Shown one piece after another: positions 51,518 through 59,823 of a stretch of DNA of 64,000 bases. The notes beneath the pieces are model-generated. The model did no database searches. It was not told the DNA's origin and saw only the letters and a program-made list of their open reading frames with translations. A program made the position numbers and the translations under genes. The stretch is from Candidatus Neptunichlamydia sp. (GTDB taxonomy: Bacteria; Chlamydiota; Chlamydiia; Chlamydiales; Simkaniaceae): assembly GCA_965233865.1 (NCBI GenBank), contig OZ247587.1, forward strand, positions 1,408,001 to 1,472,000, given 5' to 3'. Each line of letters opens with the position of its first letter. The first letter of the stretch is position 1.

Positions 51518-52096
51518 TTGATGATGCATAGTCTTGTTTTAATAGAAAAGTACCTTTCGTCTAGTTTGTTTTGGTCTAACTTAGTAAGGGATAAAAGAAT
51601 TACAGAACTCTCCGTTGAGCAAGTGTTAGACAAGTATCAAGGCTTCGAAGGGGATTTTGTTTGTTATTTTCAAATTAATAAAAATATCGATCTATTTCAA
51701 ATAAAAATTAGCGAGTGTCTAAGATTGAAATCTCTAGGAGGGTGCCTTTTATTACATGTTATTTCTAGTCCAGATTCTATGCCTTCTTTGTTAGAAAATC
51801 AAACGACTAAAATAGGATATGATGTTGGAGTTTGTGATGAAGAAAAGACCGTTTATTCTTCCATCTTTCATGAAATATTGTTTGGACATCTTGATGAATT
51901 GGTCGATTACAAAAGAATATTAAACGAAAACTTACTGTTTCCTGATAGATCTTTAGCTGAGAAATACGTTAAACTGCACGACCAGATGTCAGCTGAAGGG
52001 GAAAGTGTAGAGGATTACGAAAAAATGACGATTTACGAGGTTTGGAAACAAAAAGATTTAACCAGTTCGCCGTATACTAAGATTAGTAAATCATAA
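51518..52096 (+). CDS. Putative immunity protein for the Rhs tip
   Basis: AT-rich ORF starting 5 nt after the Rhs stop; canonical toxin-immunity position. Confidence 0.7.
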   Translation: MMMHSLVLIEKYLSSSLFWSNLVRDKRITELSVEQVLDKYQGFEGDFVCYFQINKNIDLFQIKISECLRLKSLGGCLLLHVISSPDSMPSLLENQTTKIGYDVGVCDEEKTVYSSIFHEILFGHLDELVDYKRILNENLLFPDRSLAEKYVKLHDQMSAEGESVEDYEKMTIYEVWKQKDLTSSPYTKISKS

Positions 52097-52100
52097 GCTA

Positions 52101-52250
52101 GGGAGCCATTATGGCTTCTGGTGTAGCCATTGAAGTCGCAACCTTCGGAGGGTATACGTTTGCTCTGGGATTCCATGAAGCTGCAGGGCTCGCTTTGATG
52201 ACTACTGGATGTACTCAGGCGATGTATCATGCCAAAGATCTTTCTATGCC
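52101..52250 (+). repeat. 150-bp direct repeat, copy 2
   Basis: Identical to 51050-51199. Confidence 0.97.
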
Positions 52251-52617
52251 GAATGAAAGGCCAAGAACTAGCTCAACGGACTGGAATGCTTTTAAATCAG
52301 ATGTTAAAGAACAGAAGAAGCGTGGTAATACAAATCCTTTTAATGGAGCTGTTGACGAAGAGGTCATTGTTGTTGATCCTCAGGGGAACGCAATTCCAGT
52401 GAAAGAGGGGAATTGGTTAGGAGGATCTAAAGATGGAGTTTGGATTGAAGAAAAGTGTCCAGGCGCAAATCCAAGAGGAGAAAAAACAGGGCTACGTAAA
52501 GATAGTGGACATGACCCGGGTCCAAAGCATCCTAGTGATCCAAGGCCTTGGGAACCACACGCCCATGTTCCAGGAGCCACAAACCCAGATGGAACACCTT
52601 GGTTACCAGTTAAATAA
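52111..52617 (+). CDS. Orphan Rhs C-terminal toxin module (CT2)
   Basis: Begins with the repeated pre-toxin segment, then an unrelated tip ...GLRKDSGH...PHAHVPG...DGTPWLP. Confidence 0.85.
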   Translation: MASGVAIEVATFGGYTFALGFHEAAGLALMTTGCTQAMYHAKDLSMPNERPRTSSTDWNAFKSDVKEQKKRGNTNPFNGAVDEEVIVVDPQGNAIPVKEGNWLGGSKDGVWIEEKCPGANPRGEKTGLRKDSGHDPGPKHPSDPRPWEPHAHVPGATNPDGTPWLPVK

Positions 52618-52642
52618 CATAAACCATTAAGTATTTGAGTAT

Positions 52643-53104
52643 ATGATAAATAAAACTGAGAATAGTAGATTTGATTATGGAGATGCTGTAAAAATTAAGG
52701 CAACAGCTCCTGAAAAATTTTATCCAGGTCAGGTTGGAAACATTTGTGGAATGGATAAAATTACAGTTGATGCAGAAGCTCAAGAACTTTTTTCTAAAAT
52801 CGGAGATTGGGCATATACAGTTGAACTTCCGAATGGTTCTTCTATTGAAGTAGCAGGGTGTTATTTAGAAGTGGACTCTGATAGACTAAAGTACAAGATA
52901 AGAGATCAAGTAATTATAAAAAAAGATTTTTCTGAAAAAAATAAAATTACAGAGATTGTATCTGTTATTGATTATCATAAAATTTCTGGAAAATCACTAG
53001 CAAAAAAATTTAATCTAAAAATAGGGTGTTTCATATATGTTGTTGAAAATCAGTCTGGCCAAATATCATTGATTCCTGAATACCTTATAGAGAAAAAATA
53101 TTAG
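52643..53104 (+). CDS. Putative immunity protein for CT2 (tandem SH3-like repeats)
   Basis: Two similar halves RFDYGDAVKIK...YTVE...YLE and KYKIRDQVIIK...YVVE...YLIE; follows CT2. Confidence 0.7.
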   Translation: MINKTENSRFDYGDAVKIKATAPEKFYPGQVGNICGMDKITVDAEAQELFSKIGDWAYTVELPNGSSIEVAGCYLEVDSDRLKYKIRDQVIIKKDFSEKNKITEIVSVIDYHKISGKSLAKKFNLKIGCFIYVVENQSGQISLIPEYLIEKKY

Positions 53105-53453
53105 GTTTTCTTGGTGGTATTGCTCAGATGAAGTCGCAACCTTTGGAAAGTATACGTTTGCTCTGGGATTCCATGAAGCTGCAGGGCTCGCTTTGGTGAC
53201 TACTGGATGTACTCAGGCGATGTTATCATGCCAAAGATCTTTCTATGCCGAACGAAAGGCCAAGAACTAGCTCAACGGGCTGGAATGCTTTTAAATCAGA
53301 TGTTAAAGAACAGAAGAAGCGTGGTAATACAAACCTTTTAATGGAGCTGTTGACGAAGAGGTCATTGTTGTTGATCCTCAGGGGAACGCAATTCCAGTGA
53401 AAGAGGGGAATTGGTTAGGAGGATCTAAAGATGGAGTTTGGATTGAAGAAAAG
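53104..53453 (+). pseudogene. Degenerate third Rhs tip cassette (repeat plus 5' half of CT2)
   Basis: Matches 51015-51199 (with a 40-bp deletion) and then 52251-52455, with substitutions and two 1-bp indels. Confidence 0.9.
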
Positions 53454-53665
53454 CATTAGGGTGTACAAATGGAGGTTTAAAGTGGAGAGATGTTAAACCA
53501 ATAATAGAATATTATTCATCTAAAATGGACATACCGGTAGAAATTCTTGAGCCATCTGATCTTAAGATAGATAAAAAAACCACTACTAATAAAAAAAGAG
53601 TTTTCGAGGATTCACCCTTAGGTCCCCTAGTAAGGCCTAAGAAAAGATCTCGTCCTGAGTCATAG
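53453..53665 (+). pseudogene. C-terminal fragment of a DarG/TARG1-type macrodomain protein
   Basis: Unannotated frame reads ALGCTNGGLKWRDVKPIIEYYSSKMDIPVEILEP..., matching the 'PALGCGNGGL.W..V...I' macrodomain motif; TAG at 53663-53665. Confidence 0.7.
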
Positions 53666-53733
53666 CTAAATAAAGGTCGAGTCTTTTTAGATGAATATAG
53701 CTTAAATACAAAAGCCATTTTTTCGAAAAGTTC

Positions 53734-54606
53734 TTATTTTTTTATAAGAGAGAGTATTTCTTCTTCAGAAAGGTCTGTTGCTTTAGAAATTGTTGTAGGA
53801 TCTAGCCCTTGCTTTACAAGCGCATTGGCAATTCTTAGTTGTTCTTCTTTAATACCTTCCTCACGACCTTTCTCTTCGTATTTTTTCAAAGTATTTGCTT
53901 CAATTCTGAGCCATTTGAGCTTTCCTTCATAGATTTCACGCTCTTCATCAGAGAAGTTCATTACATTGAGAACATTGATAGCTTTTTTAACAGGAGAATC
54001 ATCCAAGGATGGCGATAGTTTAGCTTTGCTAAGTAGGTCGCGCCTTAAAAGAAATGTAGACCAGAGGTCTAGGACATTTTGAATTTTTGAGCCAATATCT
54101 TCAAATTCTTTTCCTAGGCTGTCGCTGAATTTCTTCAGTTCTATTGTATGAAGTTCTAGCTCTTTGAAGTAGTGGATTCCGGTTTCTTTTTCTGTGATAT
54201 GGAAAGCGTTATGATATTTTCCTGAGTCTAAGATGGAAGTGAAGTTCAAGATATGGATTCCGATGACTTTTTCAAGAGAGCCATAGTCATCTCTTTCTTT
54301 TAGTTGCTCTGCATAGAGCTTTGCCCAGTAGTATAGAGCTCTTTTGTCATAATCGGCTTCATCGGTAATTTGGATTTCGATATTAAATTTCTTGCCGTGA
54401 TCACCTTCAGCCTTGATATCTAAGATGGAGAGCTTGTCACTTTTAAAATTTTTCTGATTATAGGGGTTGAGCAGGGTCACATCAACAACATGATCTTCTT
54501 CTCCTACAATAGAATTAATCAAGGAGATCAGAAGATCTTTGTTTTCTTCTGTGCCAAATATTTTCTTAAAGGCTATATCAACGCGCGGATTAATTTTTTC
54601 CGTCAT
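53734..54606 (-). CDS. Rpn family recombination-promoting nuclease / PD-(D/E)XK putative transposase
   Basis: DIAFKKIFG, LDIKA...NIEIQ, RALYYW, IELKKF and C-terminal GREEG...IANAL...TDLSEEEI. Confidence 0.93.
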   Translation of the reverse strand: MTEKINPRVDIAFKKIFGTEENKDLLISLINSIVGEEDHVVDVTLLNPYNQKNFKSDKLSILDIKAEGDHGKKFNIEIQITDEADYDKRALYYWAKLYAEQLKERDDYGSLEKVIGIHILNFTSILDSGKYHNAFHITEKETGIHYFKELELHTIELKKFSDSLGKEFEDIGSKIQNVLDLWSTFLLRRDLLSKAKLSPSLDDSPVKKAINVLNVMNFSDEEREIYEGKLKWLRIEANTLKKYEEKGREEGIKEEQLRIANALVKQGLDPTTISKATDLSEEEILSLIKK

Positions 54607-54648
54607 TAGATTCTACTCCATACCATCTGGATCCATTGTACTCTCTAT

Positions 54649-54673
54649 ATAAAAACCATTCAATGGTTTTTAT
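54649..54673. promoter_or_regulatory. Perfect palindrome (operator-like) upstream of rpn
   Basis: ATAAAAACCATT-C-AATGGTTTTTAT: 12-bp arms with a 1-nt centre. Confidence 0.55.
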
Positions 54674-54694
54674 TTATCTTAATGACTCCCTGAA

Positions 54695-54856
54695 TTAGTA
54701 ATCATAATCTTTCCACGTCATGAAATTCTCCCTTGTGGATTTCAGAAGCTCTATGGGGACTGTTGATTCATAGTCGCTTTTTTCACTACTCAATATCACA
54801 TCAGTAGGCCCTTCTGTTGTATCGGATCTTTCCAAGTTTATATTATCACTAGGCAT
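54695..54856 (-). CDS. Small acidic hypothetical protein (53 aa)
   Basis: ATG...TAA ORF MPSDNINLERSDTTEG...WKDYDY, co-oriented with its neighbours; below the track cutoff. Confidence 0.35.
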   Translation of the reverse strand: MPSDNINLERSDTTEGPTDVILSSEKSDYESTVPIELLKSTRENFMTWKDYDY

Positions 54857-54923
54857 ATATATGTCACTTAATTATTTGATAACTTCAGTATAAAGAAAAA
54901 AATTGTTCTGCGTCACTCAAAAA

Positions 54924-55145
54924 TTATCGGTCTATCCCTTCTAAAACCACGTAGTCTTCCAAAGGAACAATAGCAACCTCTGCACCGTTAAAATTATAGA
55001 GGATGCGCTCTCCTTCAAAGGCGACCTGATTAAACATTTCTTGCTCTTCTTCTTTCGATTGTAGCACGATCCCTTCATCTTCAGTCTCGTGTCCTTCGTT
55101 GAGCTCCCATCCTAATGGGTATTGCACAGCTTCTAAAGATTTCAT
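54924..55145 (-). CDS. Phd/YefM-like antitoxin-domain protein
   Basis: EMFNQVAFEGERILYNFNGAEVAIVPLEDY resembles Phd 'l.rv...gErI.i.r.Gk.va.lvp.edy'; strong AGGAG RBS. Confidence 0.55.
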   Translation of the reverse strand: MKSLEAVQYPLGWELNEGHETEDEGIVLQSKEEEQEMFNQVAFEGERILYNFNGAEVAIVPLEDYVVLEGIDR

Positions 55146-55176
55146 ATATTCTCCTTAATGGATGTTTTTGTTGGGC

Positions 55177-58100
55177 TTACAAACTCAAGTCAAACCCACG
55201 TTGGTGTTGTTCTTCTTCAATGCCAAGTTGAATATCTAATTTCTCTTCCAAATCTTCAACTTCCTGCCAGTCACCTCTCACCGCTTCTCCATCTTGCCAG
55301 TCTTCAAACTCAAATTCATTTGCTGCAGCAAAATCATAGTCCGTTGTCTGAACGTGAAGGCTATTTTGATTTTCTATCTGTTCTAAGGTATCCAGGCGTT
55401 CCATCTCCGAGCCGGAGACTAATAACTTGCGATCTTCTAGTGCGGATAGATCTAACACTTTTTCTGATGCAACATCTTGAGAATCTAAAGACAAAAACAC
55501 AAAACCCTCTTGCTTGCAGTTTTTATTTGCTTCAGCTGCTGTCTCTTGAGAAGTGCATAGCACGACGATGGCTCGTTCATTCTCAGGAGTGAAGATGTTT
55601 TCGATATTTTTGATTGGCTCTAACCCCTCAGACTGACAATGCTCTTGGTAAGCTGCTAGTTTCTCTTGCATGATGCCCTGTCTAAGCACTCTTTCTTGCT
55701 CAATCTGCTTGTACTGATCGAGTTCTTTTAGGGCCTCCTTGGATAGGTTGAGGCCATAGATAGGATCTTCAAGCTTTGATGCCCCATATTCAGGGGTCTC
55801 AGACTTTTCGGTTGAAGTGTTTTGATAGAAATCATGGATATCGGATTTGTCAGCTCTATTTTCCCGACGATCGTCTAGTATCTCCTGGATGTTTGCCTTT
55901 AACTCTCTTCCAAATGCTTTAACACGAGTCCACCTAGTACCATATTCTCTTGCTTTCTCAAGATCGCGATCAAATGTCTCTTTCTCGGCTTGTTTCTGCA
56001 GATCATATTCGTTTTGGAAGTAGAGTGTGGATTCCTTAGAGGTGTCTTTGGAGCATTGTTTTTGCAATGGTCCAAAACCTCCGCACTCTTCTTTATCAAT
56101 GTAAACACTGACAGTTTCTTTGTGCCTGGACGTGGCGACATAGGAAGTTTGTTTTCCATTGAGCGAGTTGTGGAGAACGTAGGTGTCCTCCACCGTTCTC
56201 CCTTGAGATCGAAAAGTAGTTGTTGCGTACCCTAATTGCCAAGAGCCGTATTCTTTTGGATCAAAGGATACAATCTTGGTGTATTTGGAGCTGTCTTTTC
56301 CCTCCTGATCAAGCTTTACGACAAAACGGTCTTCTTCAGCTTTAACAAGTTCGCCCTTTAGACCGTTTGTTACACCAATAGCGCGGTCATTCTTCCTGAA
56401 TTCAATGAGATCACCCTCAGAAACACGCAGCTCTCCAAACATTGTCTTGCAGGAGTATTCTTGCTCTTTCAGCTCTCCTTTAACCATGCGGACGTCGTGA
56501 GCCGCTTGATTGAGTACATGGACTTCTCTATTGGTGGTCGCAAGAATTAGGGATTTGTCATAGGACTTAGATGTGTCGAGGTAATGAGAAAAAGACCAAT
56601 CGACTATGAGCTTTTCCATTGCGCTAGCTTTGTCTCTTTCGAAGTTCAGGCAGTTTTCCTTGCTCAACCCTCTTAATGCGGCTTCAATATCTCCTTGTGC
56701 AAAGCTTTGCGTTATAGATCGTTGCTCTTGAGAGCTTTGGCGTTGTATATAGTGCAGTTTCGAAGCGTCATATTTTTCTGCCAGAACCTGAAACATCCCT
56801 CCTCTATCAACTGAGGGCATTTGGGAAGAGTCTCCGGAAAGGATGAGCTTGGCTTTGTGGGCGTGAGCTACCCTACAGAGTTCATTAAGCGCCTGATTCC
56901 CAAGTTTTCCAGCTTCATCGACGATCCATAGCTCTTTGGGCTTGATCTCTCTGTGGCCATGCTCTTGAGCGTACAAAAATCTAGGTACATTCTCAGCATT
57001 AAAGCCTTTTTCTTTGAGAAGATTAGCGGTTGCGTTATCAGGACCAAACCCTCGTACTCTGATTCCTTTTGCTTCGTAAGACTTTTTTAACGCCTCTAGA
57101 ACGTGAGATTTCCCTGTACCAGCATAACCTTCCAATACATATAAACCTTCTCTTCCAGAGAGTGTTTTAAAAGCTTGGAGTTGTTCTGGACTCAGATAGC
57201 TTGAGAATTTCTCTAGGTGCTTTTCTCGAAACTTGGCATGTTCTACATCATTGATCTTCTCGCTCCGTCTTAAGATTTGCTTTTCTTCTTCGAGGACTTC
57301 GATGGTGGTGAATTTTCCGGCATCTCTTAGTGTCCTACTTAAAACTGAATGATTCTTGCCGAGTTTCCCAATTTGGAGCTTCACTATTTCTGTTTGCTTC
57401 CAAAATAGATCACGCACTTCTTCCAGCTTCTCATGAGGAGTATGTTTAGCCATGAACCGCTCTACATCTTGGACTTGCCATACTGCTTTCTGGTTGGAAA
57501 TTGCCTTTAAGATTTTAGATGGATCACTTGCATCAATGACGTTTTGCTTTTGAATTTCCGCGTGTCGCTCTAACATTTCTAGGCAGTTACCTCTTAATCT
57601 TACTGCTCCTAGATGCTCTTGAGGATTGAGTGACTTGGGATCAACTCTGAGGTCCAAACCAAGATCTTTAAAGTAGTCGTTTTGTATCTTTGTCCAAACC
57701 TCTCCCCAACGAGTATTAGAGATCTCTTTTTGCAAGGATCTATCTTTCAAATAGTGAAGACTTTCTCCATCTTCTGAAAATGTTCTGGTGGGCACTAGTA
57801 TATGGGCATGCCAGTTATGATCTTCTTTATCATCAGGGCTGTGAATGGCGTAATGCGCAGCAAGCCCCTTATCTACAAACTTTTGAGAAAATCTTTGTGT
57901 TAAAACAATACGGTCTTCCTCCGTGATTACTTTGTCATCAGGAAGGGCAATGACTAGTTCCATTCCTACTTGTGAATTGTGTTGCTTCTCGATTTGCTCG
58001 GCAGCATTCCACAGGATTTCAGGATTTAAAAACTTTTCATCTGCGACCTCAGGAAGCATGATCTTTTTTGCTAATGGAGCCTCTCTACTGGAATAGTCAT

Positions 58101-58230
58101 AAAGCTTTCTATCTTGAAACTTCGTACCTTCGAATTCTAATTTAGAGCGATCAATATAGGCAGATTTGTGACAGATATTTTGCCCTTTAGAGCGTTGTAC
58201 GAATTCGTTCCTAGCTTGTCCTATTGCCAT
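55177..58230 (-). CDS. traA: Ti-type conjugative relaxase-helicase TraA (MOB_Q / MobA-MobL plus RecD-like helicase)
   Basis: MAI...SAY (catalytic Tyr), LWNAAEQIE, AIH...NWHAHI HUH motif; helicase GYAGTGKS, VDEAG, GDSSQ and GYATT...SQG motifs. Confidence 0.93.
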   Translation of the reverse strand: MAIGQARNEFVQRSKGQNICHKSAYIDRSKLEFEGTKFQDRKLYDYSSREAPLAKKIMLPEVADEKFLNPEILWNAAEQIEKQHNSQVGMELVIALPDDKVITEEDRIVLTQRFSQKFVDKGLAAHYAIHSPDDKEDHNWHAHILVPTRTFSEDGESLHYLKDRSLQKEISNTRWGEVWTKIQNDYFKDLGLDLRVDPKSLNPQEHLGAVRLRGNCLEMLERHAEIQKQNVIDASDPSKILKAISNQKAVWQVQDVERFMAKHTPHEKLEEVRDLFWKQTEIVKLQIGKLGKNHSVLSRTLRDAGKFTTIEVLEEEKQILRRSEKINDVEHAKFREKHLEKFSSYLSPEQLQAFKTLSGREGLYVLEGYAGTGKSHVLEALKKSYEAKGIRVRGFGPDNATANLLKEKGFNAENVPRFLYAQEHGHREIKPKELWIVDEAGKLGNQALNELCRVAHAHKAKLILSGDSSQMPSVDRGGMFQVLAEKYDASKLHYIQRQSSQEQRSITQSFAQGDIEAALRGLSKENCLNFERDKASAMEKLIVDWSFSHYLDTSKSYDKSLILATTNREVHVLNQAAHDVRMVKGELKEQEYSCKTMFGELRVSEGDLIEFRKNDRAIGVTNGLKGELVKAEEDRFVVKLDQEGKDSSKYTKIVSFDPKEYGSWQLGYATTTFRSQGRTVEDTYVLHNSLNGKQTSYVATSRHKETVSVYIDKEECGGFGPLQKQCSKDTSKESTLYFQNEYDLQKQAEKETFDRDLEKAREYGTRWTRVKAFGRELKANIQEILDDRRENRADKSDIHDFYQNTSTEKSETPEYGASKLEDPIYGLNLSKEALKELDQYKQIEQERVLRQGIMQEKLAAYQEHCQSEGLEPIKNIENIFTPENERAIVVLCTSQETAAEANKNCKQEGFVFLSLDSQDVASEKVLDLSALEDRKLLVSGSEMERLDTLEQIENQNSLHVQTTDYDFAAANEFEFEDWQDGEAVRGDWQEVEDLEEKLDIQLGIEEEQHQRGFDLSL

Positions 58231-58307
58231 TTTACTTTTCTTATTCCTATGTCTTTATCTAACGTTATCAAAACAGACTTTTTGTTTTTCTGCAAGTTTT
58301 AACAAAA

Positions 58308-58340
58308 GCAAGCGCCTGTAAGGTGCATATTGCGTATGAC
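58308..58340. other. Candidate oriT
   Basis: Between divergent traA and traD; GCAAGCGC...AAGGTGCATATTGCGT loosely resembles the Ti/MOB_Q nic region as recalled (AGGGCGCAATTATACG). Confidence 0.4.
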
Positions 58341-58473
58341 TCTAATCTGGCGATTAATAGCCATAACGCTTTAACTCTAATTTAGGTAAGCTTAAAAATA
58401 CAACCGCAAGGCAAAAGTCCTTTTCGTTAAAGGACACTTTGGTTACGATGTATAGAAAATAGAAAGTTGTTAT

Positions 58474-58725
58474 ATGGAAAAACATTTTGATGCCTCAAGA
58501 AGAGAGGTGGTAGAGTTGCTTCAAAGGAAAAGACGGTATGGCAGATCTTTAACGGATAATGAATTGAGAGGGCTCTTGAAAGTGGAAAACTTTGAAAAAG
58601 AAAACGGCATGTCCTCGGAAGCTCTGCTGAGCACCTCGGCATGTCCAGGCGCTTCGCTTTCTATTGAAGAGGGAAATGTGGTTGTTTATCCAAAAATGGG
58701 AGACTGTGAAAATGAACGAACTTGA
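58474..58725 (+). CDS. Hypothetical protein in the mobilisation module
   Basis: 83-aa ORF overlapping the traD start. Confidence 0.45.
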   Translation: MEKHFDASRREVVELLQRKRRYGRSLTDNELRGLLKVENFEKENGMSSEALLSTSACPGASLSIEEGNVVVYPKMGDCENERT

Positions 58726-59194
58726 AAAGAAGAAGGAAGCCCTTAAGCTAAAAAAGTCTCGGATTGAGCATCAGGAAAGGCTTCTGAAGCTTAAAGAGCG
58801 TAAAAACCGCACGAGGCTTCTGATTGAAGTCGGTGGGGTTGCTTCGAAAGCCGGAATTGATCATTTGAACACCAACACTCTTTTGGGGGCTTTTCTTGAG
58901 ATTAAGGAGAAGGAACAAGAGGAGGGGACGCTTAAACGGTGGACCAAAAAAGGTGCTGAGGCTCTTGATAGGGATAAAAAGAAAAATGGGGAGCCGTTGA
59001 TTGTGACGTTTGCTGAGGAACCGGAAAAGAAGATTAAGACGGAGATCAGGCAGGCGGGACTGCGATGGAACCGTTTTAGAAAGGAGTGGCAAGGGTTTGC
59101 TAAAAAAGCGCAGTTAGAAAAGCTTCTTAAGGGGGTTGACCATCAGGTGCAAGCTGTAGGGAGTCAATCGTCTAAAAGTGGAAAGGAGGGGTGA
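58712..59194 (+). CDS. traD: Conjugal transfer relaxosome accessory protein TraD/TraC-like
   Basis: KERKNRTRLLIEVGGVASKAGI...LLGAF signature; divergent from traA; start re-set to ATG 58712. Confidence 0.8.
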   Translation: MNELEKKKEALKLKKSRIEHQERLLKLKERKNRTRLLIEVGGVASKAGIDHLNTNTLLGAFLEIKEKEQEEGTLKRWTKKGAEALDRDKKKNGEPLIVTFAEEPEKKIKTEIRQAGLRWNRFRKEWQGFAKKAQLEKLLKGVDHQVQAVGSQSSKSGKEG

Positions 59195-59313
59195 ATATGG
59201 CTTCTGATAACGAGATGCTAGCGTTTTTGAAAAGGTCTTTGGAAAACCCTCACTTTGATCAACTGGAGCTTTGTCTTTGGGCGGTTGAGGGCGATCAGTT
59301 GGTGTTTGTTTAG

Positions 59314-59793
59314 ATGGAAACCTCCAAGCGCATCTTTTTGAACAGATGGTTTTTAGCGATGATTGCTATTGGATCGGTTGCTCTAGCTTGTTCCATATCA
59401 GCGGTGCATGTTTTCCATTTAAAACCTTGTGTGATGTGCAATCTCCAGAGGATCCTCTTTGCTCTTTTGATTGTGAATTCGGGATTTGGGCTCTTGAGCT
59501 CTTATAAGCAAGGGTTTTTTAAGGTAACGCGCGGATGTTTAGCTTTGGGGATTGTCCTTGGGGTGGGACATTTTTTGATGCAGATGGGTGCTGTGCCAGA
59601 TTTTTGTACTTCAAAGCGGGGTTTTGATACAGCTGAGGAATTTTCAAGGATGCTAAAAACTTCAAAATGTTCTGATATAGCTTGGTCGATTTTTGGTGTG
59701 CCGGTTTCTCTATTAAATGCGATGCTTCATGGAGGTGTTTTGGGGGTGGGGTGTCGTTTCAGCTTGAATAAAAGTCTGATGGGAGCCTTATGA
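59314..59793 (+). CDS. dsbB: Disulfide bond formation protein B family
   Basis: LKPCVMCNLQR, second Cys pair, WSIFGVP. Confidence 0.85.
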   Translation: METSKRIFLNRWFLAMIAIGSVALACSISAVHVFHLKPCVMCNLQRILFALLIVNSGFGLLSSYKQGFFKVTRGCLALGIVLGVGHFLMQMGAVPDFCTSKRGFDTAEEFSRMLKTSKCSDIAWSIFGVPVSLLNAMLHGGVLGVGCRFSLNKSLMGAL

Positions 59794-59823
59794 TGGAAAC
59801 ACAAGTGGTTGTGAACAAGTTTT

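Noticed and set aside
53512..53718. 68-aa minus-strand ORF downstream of rpn
   Set aside because: Antisense to the macrodomain fragment, which carries the recognisable motif
59197..59313. 38-aa ORF MASDNEMLAFLKRSL... between traD and dsbB
   Set aside because: Has an RBS but is too short and has no recognisable motif; could be a truncated gene at an element boundary, not callable
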